DNA of 64,000 nt from Caldisphaera sp. (GTDB taxonomy: Archaea; Thermoproteota; Thermoprotei_A; Sulfolobales; Acidilobaceae). Below the pieces are notes generated by a model. That model made no database searches and was not told the origin of the DNA. It was given only the letters and a program-made list of their open reading frames with translations. A program made the position numbers and the translations under genes. This document shows, piece after piece, positions 30,463 through 40,857 of this stretch (within the stretch, counting starts at the first letter, position 1; each line of letters begins with the position of its first letter). The stretch spans positions 18,462-82,461 of the forward strand of contig JBMFKU010000004.1 of assembly GCA_049971805.1 (NCBI GenBank), read 5' to 3'.

Positions 30463-30760
30463 TTACACCCAATAATTGGTAAAATGGTAACCTTTTTAAA
30501 TGCATGTTTAACATATAAATAAAAATTTAAATTTGTATTTATTAAAAATAATATTGTAATAATTTGTTTATATTTTTATATAGAAATTAATATAGTTTTA
30601 GTTATAGCTAATTATCTAACTAATTAGTATAATTAATATAATTAGAGCTTATTTTGCTTTTATAAATATAAGGCTATACTAAAGCAAATCGTTAATTAAT
30701 TTTTTAGATTAAATGCTGGTTTATTTTGTAAATTATAATAAATATATATTATTTTATATA

Positions 30761-31432
30761 TTAAGATGTAGTATTTGTAGATATCTTATTAACATTAGAT
30801 AAATTCATTAATCTAAGCGATTGTCCTATTGCTTTAGCTATTGGAGCTATAAAGCTCATAAAAGCAACAAAATCTTGATCAGATATTAATCTTATAATAT
30901 CAGCAGGGTTAGCATTTCTAAAACTTGTTAGTTTTTTTATGGTTTCGTTAAAAGAATTTACAAAGGTATTAATAAATTTAGCTATATTATCTAAAAAATC
31001 TATATTTAGCAACCCTTTAGCAATTTCAATAATTTTTCCTATAACACTCTTAATGTAATTTAAAAATTCAGTAAAGAGATGTAAAATGTTTTCAGTATTC
31101 AGTTGAGATGTTAGTTTTGTGATTAATTTGCTAAGTAGTTCTGATAAATGTTTAGAAGCATCTGCTAAATAGTTTATTATATTATTCTGCGAATCTATTA
31201 GTTTTATAATATTTTCTTTGTATGGATTATTTTCATCAATTGATTTCAATGAGTTAATTAATTCTGTAAAATTTTTTATCATTATTATAGTTGCTTGCGA
31301 CATAAAAGAATTTAGAAAATATGCCGTATTAACTATTAGCTCGCCAGTTATTTCTATTAAATTAGTCATAGGACTTTCTAAATTACTTTTTTCACTATTT
31401 TTTATATCTATGTTGTTCAATCTGCGCACCAA
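30761..31432 (-). CDS. Helical protein with a DUF1641-like C-terminus
   Basis: All-helical; C-terminal IIRLISDQDF..FMSFI..IAKAIG resembles DUF1641. Confidence 0.45.
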   Translation of the reverse strand: MVRRLNNIDIKNSEKSNLESPMTNLIEITGELIVNTAYFLNSFMSQATIIMIKNFTELINSLKSIDENNPYKENIIKLIDSQNNIINYLADASKHLSELLSKLITKLTSQLNTENILHLFTEFLNYIKSVIGKIIEIAKGLLNIDFLDNIAKFINTFVNSFNETIKKLTSFRNANPADIIRLISDQDFVAFMSFIAPIAKAIGQSLRLMNLSNVNKISTNTTS

Positions 31433-31557
31433 CTATATTTGCAGTTTCTATCTTTATAAGGTATAAGGAAAAATTACTATAATCAATTTTTAAAAACAAT
31501 GCATACATCTCTAATCAATTTCACCTACAATTTTGCTTAGATCATTTAAGATTGATT

Positions 31558-31818
31558 GTGGGGATCTAGACCTGAGCCACTAGTCTTTTTTATAGTTGCT
31601 TGTCATGACTCCTTTGAGCCCAATGGTGCCAGGCTCACATTTATTGCTCTTCATTACAACCTTTGGCAGAGCCACCATTGTGTGAGAAACTTGCTTACTA
31701 AAAAAGTAAACAAATATAATGGATTTTCTATGGTAATCAAAAAGATTTAGCCAATTTTATCAAGAATTTCATCAAAGCCTTGACTTTATCTCCCCACTAT
31801 AAATGACAGTGTTTTCAG
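31558..31818 (-). mobile_element. Eroded IS200/IS605-type remnant or structured RNA
   Basis: Minus strand 31780-31818 GAAAACACTGTCATTTATAGTGGGGAGATAAAGTCAA resembles the IS end palindrome; hairpin TGAGCCTG/TGGGCTCA at ~31614-31637. Confidence 0.4.
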
Positions 31819-32001
31819 TTATAAAATCCTGTGAAATCCATAGGTTATGCAAAAAAGCACACATTTATTAACTTTTCTATTTAGCTTTAAACCCTTTATG
31901 TTTTATAAACTCTAGTTGTAAATTAAAATGTGGAAAAAAGAGGTAGAAGTATAGAAATCAAATATCAATAATGCATATCATAAGCAAAAAGGTGAAATAC
32001 A

Positions 32002-32256
32002 ATGAGAAATGATGGTTACGTTATAATGCTCTGTCCTAGGTGCAATGTTCCAATGGATTACCTATCAGAAACAGAAAAAATAACCAATGGTAATAATAAA
32101 ATTTCAAAGGTTACTAGGTATTATAGATGTCCTGTTTGTGGAAGAAGGATAATAGATGAAACTTTGATTATAAAAGATAATGGAAACCAAATAATTATTG
32201 AATCCCATACTAATGGGGCAAGAAAAATATTAGAAAAACAGATAGCTAAAGCTTAA
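32002..32256 (+). CDS. Small Zn-ribbon protein
   Basis: CPRC...CPVCG; GGTGA SD. Confidence 0.75.
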   Translation: MRNDGYVIMLCPRCNVPMDYLSETEKITNGNNKISKVTRYYRCPVCGRRIIDETLIIKDNGNQIIIESHTNGARKILEKQIAKA

Positions 32257-33008
32257 ACTAAATTTATTTTTTCTATAAGTTCTTTTTTACAATCAATTAT
32301 CTTAGTTTCTTTAATTATAGAATCAGAATACAATTTCCTTGCTATTTTTGATATTTTATCTGCCATATAGATTGGTTTAATTGAGTTATTATAAATCATA
32401 GATTTTGCTATGTTAAAACTATCCTCTAATGATATGTTGCTTCCAATACTTATGTATATCCTTTTGTTATTGATTAATAGAATTTTTCCTACGATTTTAT
32501 CCTTATAAATTAATTCGTAATTATCGTTTCTTTTAACTTCATTGCCTACTAATCTTTTCTTTGCAATCCCTATGGTTGGTATATTAAATACAACTCCTAT
32601 ATGAGATGCAATTCCCGCAAAGCGGGGATGCGCATAGCCATGACCATCAACAAAAATTAGATCTGGTTTAGATCTCTTAATTAAATTTAATAAGGATGGA
32701 GTTAGCAAATACATTTCTCTAAATGCTAGCAGACCTGGGATGTATGGTATGCATACATGGCTTAATGTGGCAAAGCAATCTATTATATTAAATTCTGGAT
32801 ACCCGAAAGATACTGCTATTCCTATTCCTTTCCCTTCCTTATAGCCCCAATAAGATGCATCTACGGCAGCAATTATTTTTCCATTTAAATCGTTTAATTT
32901 TTTTCCATTAAAATTAATTTTTTTAGAAATTATTTCTTTCTGAATGTATATTGCTTTGTCTATGTTAAAGCTTTTTCTTATAGATTCACATTCTCCATCT
33001 GAAGACAT
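32253..33008 (-). CDS. nfi: Endonuclease V
   Basis: [17 protein letters not shown] and [10 protein letters not shown]. Confidence 0.93.
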   Translation of the reverse strand: MSSDGECESIRKSFNIDKAIYIQKEIISKKINFNGKKLNDLNGKIIAAVDASYWGYKEGKGIGIAVSFGYPEFNIIDCFATLSHVCIPYIPGLLAFREMYLLTPSLLNLIKRSKPDLIFVDGHGYAHPRFAGIASHIGVVFNIPTIGIAKKRLVGNEVKRNDNYELIYKDKIVGKILLINNKRIYISIGSNISLEDSFNIAKSMIYNNSIKPIYMADKISKIARKLYSDSIIKETKIIDCKKELIEKINLV

Positions 33009-33042
33009 ATTTTATGCCTGTAATTAATTTGTTTTTATATAT

Positions 33043-33666
33043 TTATTGGGTTTCTTCTATAACTTTTAATTTAAATGATTTTTCCTCCGGTTTTTTACCT
33101 AATTTAATTACAACAGAATCTATTCCATCGCCTGATGAAGAATCTCTTTCCATAGTAGTTTTTAATGCCTGTATAGCTATTTTTAGGGCATCATCAGTGC
33201 TAAGACCCTCGTTGTATTGGGATTCTAGTACTCCTAGCGCTGTTGTTCCTCCGCTTCCTACAGCCATGTATTTATCTTCGGTAATAGAGCCAAGCATATC
33301 CAATGTATATAGTTTTGGGGTATTGTCTTTATCAATACCACCAATAATAGATTCAATTAAAAATGGTAGCATCTTATAGGAATAAAGTATGTTGGAGAAT
33401 AACTTAGAAATGGCATATAGGCTCATAGTAGTTTCATTTGTAATTTCGTAAAAACTTATTTCTGCATTCATTATTCTAATTAATCCGCTAACATCAGCAT
33501 ATAATCCAGTTAATGAGATGCCTGCTCTGTCGTTTAAAACATAAACCTTTTTTGCATTTCTGCTCATTATGAAGCTACCATAGGACATTCTTTTATCTGT
33601 AGCTAAAACTATTCCATCCTTTGCTCTAATTCCAACAGCTGTACCTTGCTCATATGAAATAGCCAT
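33043..33666 (-). CDS. psmB: Proteasome beta subunit (likely the non-catalytic paralog)
   Basis: GIVLATDKR, GSG and ERD.SSGDG; N-terminus GTAVG instead of TTTVG. Confidence 0.92.
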   Translation of the reverse strand: MAISYEQGTAVGIRAKDGIVLATDKRMSYGSFIMSRNAKKVYVLNDRAGISLTGLYADVSGLIRIMNAEISFYEITNETTMSLYAISKLFSNILYSYKMLPFLIESIIGGIDKDNTPKLYTLDMLGSITEDKYMAVGSGGTTALGVLESQYNEGLSTDDALKIAIQALKTTMERDSSSGDGIDSVVIKLGKKPEEKSFKLKVIEETQ

Positions 33667-33822
33667 ATTATTTCACCTATCTCCAATTCTTGTATAGAGC
33701 CAGCCTTTAAAGGGCTTATGCTATATTTTTGTAATTTTATTTTACATTCTTAATAAAAATTAAAATTATTTAAAAGAAATAACTTAAAGCCTTTAAATAA
33801 TAATATAAATAGGGGATGTAAA

Positions 33823-34512
33823 ATGCAAGATGAAGCAATTAACAAGCCTATAGATCCTGATGAAATAGACGACGAAACTGGTGCCTTGCTTGTTAAAATA
33901 GCTAGGCAAAGCGTTGAATACTATTTTAAAAATAAAGCAATTATGTCAACGCCATCTTACATACCAAAAATTCTTCAAAGACCTGGAGCAGCATTTGTTA
34001 CAATAGATACTTATTATTCTGAAAATCAGAGCAGTTTAAGAGGTTGTATAGGTTATATAGAGCCAATAAAGCCTTTAATAAATACAGTAATGGAAGTATC
34101 TCTAGAGGCAGCTTTTAATGATCCTAGATTTAATCCAATGGATGAAAGAGAGATAAACTTCGTTACATTTGAGGTTTCCGTTTTATCTAAGTTAGAAGCA
34201 TCTCCTTCAGATAAAATTGGTAGACTAAACTTTATTGTTATAGGTAGAGATGGACTAGTTATTGAAAGAGGCTATAATAGAGGGCTTTTATTACCTCAGG
34301 TTCCAGTTGAAAATTTATGGGATAAAGAAACTTTTCTCTCAGAAACTTGTATAAAGGCTGGGCTATGGCCTGATTGTTGGTTAGATAATAAAACAAAGGT
34401 ATACAGATACAGAGCTATGGCTTGGAAAGAAGTAAAGCCTAACGGTATCATAATAAGAAGAGATCTGGCAAAGGAATACGAAAAGTTAATTAATAAACAT
34501 GAGAGTATATAA
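33823..34512 (+). CDS. AMMECR1-domain protein (TIGR00296 family)
   Basis: FVT, LRGCIG, AAFNDPRF, GLLLPQV and C.KAG. Confidence 0.92.
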   Translation: MQDEAINKPIDPDEIDDETGALLVKIARQSVEYYFKNKAIMSTPSYIPKILQRPGAAFVTIDTYYSENQSSLRGCIGYIEPIKPLINTVMEVSLEAAFNDPRFNPMDEREINFVTFEVSVLSKLEASPSDKIGRLNFIVIGRDGLVIERGYNRGLLLPQVPVENLWDKETFLSETCIKAGLWPDCWLDNKTKVYRYRAMAWKEVKPNGIIIRRDLAKEYEKLINKHESI

Positions 34513-34547
34513 GACTCACTAAGTAATAAAAAATTGGAGGATCAAGG

Positions 34548-34727
34548 ATGTCTATATCAGAAAAAATAAGAGAATATTTATCGGCATGGAAAAGAATAAT
34601 ACTTTTATCCAGAAGACCCGATGAAGAAGAATTTAACTTATTAACAAGACTAAGCTTATTAGGTTTTGTTATAGTCGGCGCTATAGGGTACATAATCCAT
34701 CTAGTATATGTATTATTGGTTGCCTAG
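34548..34727 (+). CDS. secE: Protein translocase SecE/Sec61-gamma (absent from the ORF track)
   Basis: MSISEKIREYLSAWKRIILLSRRPDEEEF...LGFVIVGAIGYII; GGAGG SD; directly upstream of spt5. Confidence 0.93.
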   Translation: MSISEKIREYLSAWKRIILLSRRPDEEEFNLLTRLSLLGFVIVGAIGYIIHLVYVLLVA

Positions 34728-34737
34728 GTGGTAATAT

Positions 34738-35196
34738 TTGGATTCACAAAACCAATATAAGGTCTATGCTATATCAGTTATTGGAGGATATGAAGAAAAG
34801 ATTGCCATGGTTTTTGCAGAGAGAGCACAGGCATTAAAATTAAATGTAAAAAGTATAATATATTCAGAAGAATTAAAAGGAACAGTAATAGTAGAGGTAA
34901 GCGATCCAAAGGATTTATTTTATTTGATTAGAGGAGTAAAAAATGTAAAAAGAAGGAGACCTATAACCATTAATATACAAGAAGTCGTCAAGCTATTAAA
35001 ACCCCCTATATCTTTGCCAACTCTTGAGAAAGGTCAGCTAATAGAAATCATTGGTGGTCCATTTAAAGGTATGAAAGGTCGCGTAGTTGAGATTTATTCT
35101 ACTAGAAATGAGGCAGATATAACGCTTTTAGAAGGTGATTCAAAAATAGTAGTAACAATACCAATAGAGTATATTAAGGGGGCAGAAGAAAAATAA
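34738..35196 (+). CDS. spt5: Transcription elongation factor Spt5/NusG
   Basis: GGYEEK NGN domain plus KOW motif IIGGPFKGMKGRV. Confidence 0.93.
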   Translation: MDSQNQYKVYAISVIGGYEEKIAMVFAERAQALKLNVKSIIYSEELKGTVIVEVSDPKDLFYLIRGVKNVKRRRPITINIQEVVKLLKPPISLPTLEKGQLIEIIGGPFKGMKGRVVEIYSTRNEADITLLEGDSKIVVTIPIEYIKGAEEK

Positions 35197-35318
35197 TAAA
35201 ATAATGATAAATTCTTATAAATACAAATAAACCATTAATGCTTTAAATTTTTCTATCTTACTTCTTTAAAGGCTGCTATTTGGGCTAAAGATTGGCAATA
35301 AATATTAGGTGGGATAAA

Positions 35319-36059
35319 ATGTCTGGCTCATATGAAAGAGTACAAAAATATATTGATAATGTTGAGTTTGTAATGAAAGATTTAATAAATAAAAGAGAGG
35401 AATTAAAAAGAAAAGGATTAAATATTGATAATTTATTACAGAACATAAATGCATATCTTAATGATTCTAAGTATTATTTGAAAATTGATAAAATAGAAGA
35501 TGCCTTTATCTCAATTTCATATGCTGAGGGATTAATAGATTCACTTAAATTTTTAAGTTTAATAGATATAAAATGGTCTAATGAAGAGAAAGACTTAAAG
35601 AAGGTCTTCATAGCTGGTACATTTGATATTTTGCATCCCGGTCATATTAATTTATTGAGATTTGCCTCACAATTTGGTAAGGTATATGTGGTCATAGCTA
35701 GAGATAAAAATGCAGAAAAAGATAAAGGTAGACCCGTTATATTGGATGAAAAATCTAGGCTAGAGCTAATATCATCAATTAAATATACCTATGAAGCCAT
35801 ACTTGGGGATGAAAAGGATTATATTAAACCTATAGAAGAAATAAAGCCAGATATAATAGTTTTAGGTCCAGATCAACAAATTTCAGAAGAAAAGTTGGCA
35901 CAAATAGTTGAAAGTAGAATAAATAAAAGACCAATTATTATAAGGTATAAAGAAAAAGAGGCCTTTTCTGGAGATTTAAGAGGTTCTACAGACATATTGT
36001 TAAAGGCTTGTGGATTACTAAAGCAAAATAAAAATATAGTTGTTAGTAAATCTTCATGA
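35319..36059 (+). CDS. ribL: DUF357 + FAD synthetase (cytidylyltransferase-like) fusion
   Basis: AYLNDSKYY...SYAEGLIDSL (DUF357), then GTFDILHPGH, VIARD and PDIIVLGPDQ. Confidence 0.8.
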   Translation: MSGSYERVQKYIDNVEFVMKDLINKREELKRKGLNIDNLLQNINAYLNDSKYYLKIDKIEDAFISISYAEGLIDSLKFLSLIDIKWSNEEKDLKKVFIAGTFDILHPGHINLLRFASQFGKVYVVIARDKNAEKDKGRPVILDEKSRLELISSIKYTYEAILGDEKDYIKPIEEIKPDIIVLGPDQQISEEKLAQIVESRINKRPIIIRYKEKEAFSGDLRGSTDILLKACGLLKQNKNIVVSKSS

Positions 36060-36164
36060 TTGTTTCTATTTGTTTTTCATTGTATTTTTAGCTAATTTAT
36101 TGACCATACTTTTAAATTTTAGTTTACAATTTAGGTGAAAAAGCAAGTCCAAATTTGCCTTTAT

Positions 36165-36611
36165 TCAATCTCCACCTAGTATCTCGCCGGGCTCAGCGCT
36201 AATATCTATTTGGCTCATGAATTTTTCAAGCTCTCTTATGGAAACCATGCATATATAATTCCCGAGTTCATCAACTATAGGTAAGTGTCTAAACCCATAG
36301 TAGGCCATAGTTTTGATTGTTTTCAATACACTCCAATCAGGATTACCAGCAATAACATTTTTTGTCATAACTTCCTCGACTTTCGTTTCATCAGATTTCA
36401 TTGATTTAAATAAAACTTTGTTTAAAAGATCTCTTTCGGTAAATATACCCAATATTTTACCCTCTTCATTAATTACAGCAACAGCACCAATTCCTGTTTC
36501 TGCCATTATATTTATTGCCTTTGTTACATTATCATTTGGATAAACTTTAGGTTGCAGACCCGTACATATTGTTATTACAGGAGGACCCTCATTTGCCAAC
36601 CTTCTCACCAA
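36165..36611 (-). CDS. CBS-pair domain protein
   Basis: GIFTERDL and FRHLPIVD. Confidence 0.9.
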   Translation of the reverse strand: MVRRLANEGPPVITICTGLQPKVYPNDNVTKAINIMAETGIGAVAVINEEGKILGIFTERDLLNKVLFKSMKSDETKVEEVMTKNVIAGNPDWSVLKTIKTMAYYGFRHLPIVDELGNYICMVSIRELEKFMSQIDISAEPGEILGGD

Positions 36612-36720
36612 TATATATTTGTTGTTATTAGATCTTAAATATATCTTTATGACTTGTTTATTAATTTAGAGTAAACATAATATTTATTCTAATAGATATT
36701 ATAAGTTAAGGGGGTTAATT

Positions 36721-37419
36721 ATGGAATGCGATCCAAAAAAAGAAGCTGCAAAAGGGGCTGTTGAATTAGTTAAAGATCTAATAAATAATTTTAACATGAT
36801 AGGATTAGGCACGGGTAACACAATAAAATCTTTTATAGATGAAGCTAGATCTCTATTGTTTAATAAAAAAATAATTAGTTCTAGCAATTCTACAACAATC
36901 TATGTTTCCTCTCAAGGATTCGATGTAATAGAAATGCCTCTAAATGCCTTGGATTATTTATATATCGATGGAGCAGACGAGTTTACCAAAGAAGGAGATA
37001 TGATAAAGGGTGGTGGGGGAGCCTTATTAGGAGAAAAAATATTGGCATTTTCTGGTAAAATTAATATATTTGTTGTTGGAGAAGATAAGTTAGTAAATAA
37101 GTTAGGAGAAAAAAGACCAGTGCCTATAGAGATAGTCCCAAAATCTTATCCTTATGTATTAAAAGTAATAAACTCATACAGGTTTAAATCAGAACTTAGA
37201 CAGTCAAGTGGAAAGATTGGTCCTGTAATAAGTGATTGGGGCGGATTTCTATTAGATATTTCAACAGGTCCTATAGAAAATCCATATAAATTGAACAATA
37301 TTTTAAAATCCATACCGGGTGTTATAGAAACAGGTATATTTTTAGGCTATGCAGATTATATTGTTGTTGGTAAGAAAGATTGTGGTTATTATGTCATTAA
37401 ATCGAAAAGAAAAACTTAA
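36721..37419 (+). CDS. rpiA: Ribose-5-phosphate isomerase A
   Basis: GLGTG.T, DGADE and IKGGGGAL. Confidence 0.95.
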   Translation: MECDPKKEAAKGAVELVKDLINNFNMIGLGTGNTIKSFIDEARSLLFNKKIISSSNSTTIYVSSQGFDVIEMPLNALDYLYIDGADEFTKEGDMIKGGGGALLGEKILAFSGKINIFVVGEDKLVNKLGEKRPVPIEIVPKSYPYVLKVINSYRFKSELRQSSGKIGPVISDWGGFLLDISTGPIENPYKLNNILKSIPGVIETGIFLGYADYIVVGKKDCGYYVIKSKRKT

Positions 37420-37804
37420 CTATGAGATAAATGAGGACACATTTAATAAATCATATCCAAGTAAGTGGGAAGAAAAGATAAGAGAGGAAGTATATTCAGA
37501 TAAGTTCGTTTTGATTAACGAAAAACCTGAAATATGGGTTTATATGGGATCTCATGGAGATCATTTGCTTTTAGGAACGCAAAAATCAGCTATATATTGT
37601 AGCTGTAAAGGTTTTAGGATTAGCCTAGAAAGAAAAGATAATCAAGGGTGCTCTCATATATATGCATTAAACTTGTTAAAACCTGCTAAAAAATTTAGGA
37701 ACATATCAAAAAAATTAAGTCAAGATGATCTTATTAAAATTATTGAAGAAATTATGGAGATAGATTATAGCTATTTACTAAGAACTAAATTACTAGAGGA
37801 ATAA
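37391..37804 (+). CDS. SWIM Zn-finger protein
   Basis: YCSCKGF...CSHIYAL; start uncertain. Confidence 0.7.
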   Translation: MSLNRKEKLNYEINEDTFNKSYPSKWEEKIREEVYSDKFVLINEKPEIWVYMGSHGDHLLLGTQKSAIYCSCKGFRISLERKDNQGCSHIYALNLLKPAKKFRNISKKLSQDDLIKIIEEIMEIDYSYLLRTKLLEE

Positions 37805-37842
37805 TCTATTTATTATAAGATATTTTAAAATAATTAATATTG

Positions 37843-38031
37843 TTAAATCATTCTCGCGAATATTACTATGATTGCTATTACAACAGATATTATCATTAAT
37901 GTCATCGGTGAAATTTCAATTTTACTATCATAATTTTCATAAAATGCAATTAATCCTGCAGATGACATTGGTGAGGTTTGCTTTTTCTTTGAAGATCTCT
38001 TTTTGGGCTTAGTAGACATTAATTCCACCAT
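37843..38031 (-). CDS. secG: Preprotein translocase Sec61-beta/SecG
   Basis: SSAGLIAFYE and I.ISP, plus one C-terminal TM. Confidence 0.9.
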   Translation of the reverse strand: MVELMSTKPKKRSSKKKQTSPMSSAGLIAFYENYDSKIEISPMTLMIISVVIAIIVIFARMI

Positions 38032-38129
38032 CTATATATTATGTACTTCAGTATTTATAAGCTATTAAGAGCTAAAAACTCTAAGCTTTTACTATAGTAA
38101 AAGATTATAGAGATGTAATCAAAATATTA

Positions 38130-38885
38130 CTAATAATATTTAGCTCCTTTTATAGATTTTACCATTTCATATATCGATGTTGGATCCTTTTCAACAATAG
38201 TTCCATTAACTATGCCATCGGCTCCAGCTTTTATTATTTCTTTAGCTATTTCTGGAGAATTTATCCCACCACCTACTATTAGAAGACCATCAAATTCTAC
38301 CTGATCTAAGACCTTTCTAACTAAAGTAATGGTTGATGCAGGAATTGGGTAAGGTGCCCCGCTTCCAGCTTCTAAATAAATTATTTTAGCTCCTAGCATA
38401 GCACCCGCAAGAGAGTAAGCAGCTGCTATATCACCTCTTTCATAGGGTATCGGTCTTGCTTTACCTATGTATCCGGCAGCACCTCCATGACCTATTATTA
38501 TATAGGCTGTTGGAATTGTTTCGAGTCCCATTCTTAATATTATGGGCGCAGCCTGTGCTTGAACTCCACCAACATAATAGGGATCATCACTGTTTAAAAG
38601 TAGCATAAACAAAACCGCATCCGCACATGAGGTTAATCCATTTATATTACCTGGAAACAATATTACTGGAAGTCCCGATTCTTTCGATGATCTTACTAAC
38701 TCTGATAATTGTGGTTCAAATACTCCTAAGGAACCCCCTATTAGTATTGCGTTAGATTCTGCTTCAGAAGCTTTTAATGAAATTCTTTTAGCTTCTTCGG
38801 GTGTAGTCTTATCTGGGTCTATTAAAGTTAGGTGTATTTTGTTTCTCTTATTTTCCATTAATTTTTTAAATGTTTTTTCTTTCAA
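38130..38885 (-). CDS. Geranylgeranylglyceryl phosphate synthase
   Basis: LIDPDK, IGGS, LFPG, YLEAGSGA and VGGGI. Confidence 0.95.
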   Translation of the reverse strand: MKEKTFKKLMENKRNKIHLTLIDPDKTTPEEAKRISLKASEAESNAILIGGSLGVFEPQLSELVRSSKESGLPVILFPGNINGLTSCADAVLFMLLLNSDDPYYVGGVQAQAAPIILRMGLETIPTAYIIIGHGGAAGYIGKARPIPYERGDIAAAYSLAGAMLGAKIIYLEAGSGAPYPIPASTITLVRKVLDQVEFDGLLIVGGGINSPEIAKEIIKAGADGIVNGTIVEKDPTSIYEMVKSIKGAKYY

Positions 38886-38963
38886 AATTTCACCTTCTTT
38901 GGTTTATTCTTTAAATAACTAAACTAGGTAATATTTTTTCTAAATAAAGTTGTTAAATATAGC

Positions 38964-39296
38964 TTAGGATTCGGAATCAATTTCTTCCTGCCCCTCTTCT
39001 TCTTTCAGTTCAATCTTTTTTTCACATTCGTTAAGCTTATTTTCATAGCTTAAATCAACAACTTTATTATAAACATCTACTCTATCATAAATCTTAGGAA
39101 CTTTCATTTCGCAATATAAATGGCAATTCCCACATTTAGCTATTGCCAACTTCTCATCCTCGTTGCCCTCAATTTTTTCAAAATCTATGGTTAAGGTAAC
39201 TGCTCCACATCTTGGGCATTGGAAATATCTGCTTGGATGTCTTGGTTTTTTCGGTTTTAATGACTTCTTTCTCCTTCTTCTTGCCACCAATTGCAC
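38964..39296 (-). CDS. elf1: Transcription elongation factor Elf1
   Basis: Basic N-terminus, FQCPRCG, CGNC, VDVY and acidic tail. Confidence 0.85.
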   Translation of the reverse strand: MQLVARRRRKKSLKPKKPRHPSRYFQCPRCGAVTLTIDFEKIEGNEDEKLAIAKCGNCHLYCEMKVPKIYDRVDVYNKVVDLSYENKLNECEKKIELKEEEGQEEIDSES

Positions 39297-39400
39297 CTCT
39301 TAATATTTACGAATTTATTGTGGAAGGCGCAGTTTAAATTTGTGTATATTTTTTAAGATTTTTGTTTTAATTAAATTATTATTTATTTTTTAATAAATAA

Positions 39401-40558
39401 TCAGATAGAGTCTTTTAGTAAATTTATTAAAATTTTATCATCTATGTTAGCTCCAAATAATCTATTTTTTAGTCTGTCTGCGACAACAGGATTTAGAAAT
39501 GCCCTTCTAATAGCTTCTCTAAGCATATCCATGCCAAATCCATAATCGCTTAATTTCTTAGAGAATCCTAAAGATTCTTGGAAATTCTTTAATATCTTTG
39601 TTGTTTCATTGGGATCTGAGCTGGGCTTAAAATCAGGGTTAAAAATCCTTAGAAGTCTAGCAGAATCCATTGGTGAAGCTTTATGTATTAGTGGTGCCAG
39701 ATTAGGTCCAATAATGGCTAAACCACAACCATGGGGTAGCGAAGGAACTAAACCACTCATTATATTTTCCAGTGCATGTATTATATTTGTTGGTGATATA
39801 TCTATAGATACTCCTGCCATCATAGAAGCATAAAGCAAATAGTACCTGGCTTCAACATCATTCAAATTATTTATAGCTTTTGGTAAGTATTCGTATATTT
39901 GCTTTACAGCCTCTTCAGAAAATGCTTTAACCAATGGAGGGCTATTAGCTGTTGTTGTGGATTCATAAGCATGATAAAAGGCATCAAACGATGTGCATAG
40001 AACTTCTTCTTTTGGCATGGTCAAAGTATATTTAGGATCTTCAAATGCTGCTTTTGGATAGCAAACAGCGTTTCCTAGTTTATCACCTCTTTCTGTATCT
40101 GTTGTATTAGCGTATTTATTCACTTCACTACCAGTGCCATGGGTTAAGTTTACTGCAAAAACAGGAATTATTTTTTCTACCTTTCTTTTTCCATAAAGAT
40201 AATCTGTAGCTTTACCACCATTAGATGCTATGGCTGATCCCAATTTAGAAGTATCGATTATGCTTCCTCCTCCTATAGCTATTAGTGCTTCTGCCTTTGA
40301 TAATAATATTGTTTTTGCTAACTCATCAGCTTGTGATGATAACGGATTCGGTGTAATTCTATCAAATATAGTATAAGTTATATTTAATTCTTTTAATATC
40401 TTTATTACATCATCTAGTGCTCCGCTAGCTTTTGCGGAATTTTTACCAGTTACAACTATTAAATTCTTATTTCCTTTTAGATAGTTGCTTAAATTGCTTA
40501 TAGCTGAAGGTCCAAAATATATGTCATCATTACTGTATGTCCATACAAATTTTATCAT
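39401..40558 (-). CDS. Iron-containing alcohol dehydrogenase family protein
   Basis: GGGS.ID, THGTGSE, DAFYHAYE, HALE and HG.GL. Confidence 0.92.
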   Translation of the reverse strand: MIKFVWTYSNDDIYFGPSAISNLSNYLKGNKNLIVVTGKNSAKASGALDDVIKILKELNITYTIFDRITPNPLSSQADELAKTILLSKAEALIAIGGGSIIDTSKLGSAIASNGGKATDYLYGKRKVEKIIPVFAVNLTHGTGSEVNKYANTTDTERGDKLGNAVCYPKAAFEDPKYTLTMPKEEVLCTSFDAFYHAYESTTTANSPPLVKAFSEEAVKQIYEYLPKAINNLNDVEARYYLLYASMMAGVSIDISPTNIIHALENIMSGLVPSLPHGCGLAIIGPNLAPLIHKASPMDSARLLRIFNPDFKPSSDPNETTKILKNFQESLGFSKKLSDYGFGMDMLREAIRRAFLNPVVADRLKNRLFGANIDDKILINLLKDSI

Positions 40559-40781
40559 ATCTGTCTCACCTTCTCTTTTAACTTATTATTTGTTAGCGCT
40601 TATCTATATTTTTTAATAACCAGATATTATTACTTTATATTATTGTTCGATAAAGTTACCTTTATGTTTTAAATATTAAAAGAAAAATTCTGTTTATTAA
40701 TAAATTAAAAATCTATCTAAAGAGCAAAGCCAACAAAGATTTAACTTAAAAACCCTTAATACAAGATTTAGATAAAAGGGA

Positions 40782-40857
40782 GCGGCGGTAGTCTAGCCTG
40801 GATTAGGACGCTGGCCCGCCACGCCAGAGGTCCCGGGTTCAAATCCCGGCCGCCGCA
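40782..40857 (+). tRNA. tRNA-Gly (GCC), gene encodes C33
   Basis: GCGGCGG acceptor; anticodon arm CTGGC-CC-GCC-AC-GCCAG; TTCAAAT T-loop. Confidence 0.95.

Noticed and set aside
31556-31750. 64-aa plus-strand ORF
   Set aside because: Atypical composition and no SD; lies within a probable IS relic or structured region.
34490-34693. 67-aa minus-strand ORF
   Set aside because: Antisense to the real secE gene at 34548-34727.
25825-40852. Shared TCCCGGGTTCAAATCCCGGCCG in tRNA-Ala and tRNA-Gly as attL/attR of an integrated element
   Set aside because: Both are complete tRNAs sharing a conserved T-arm; the interval holds core genes and no integrase.
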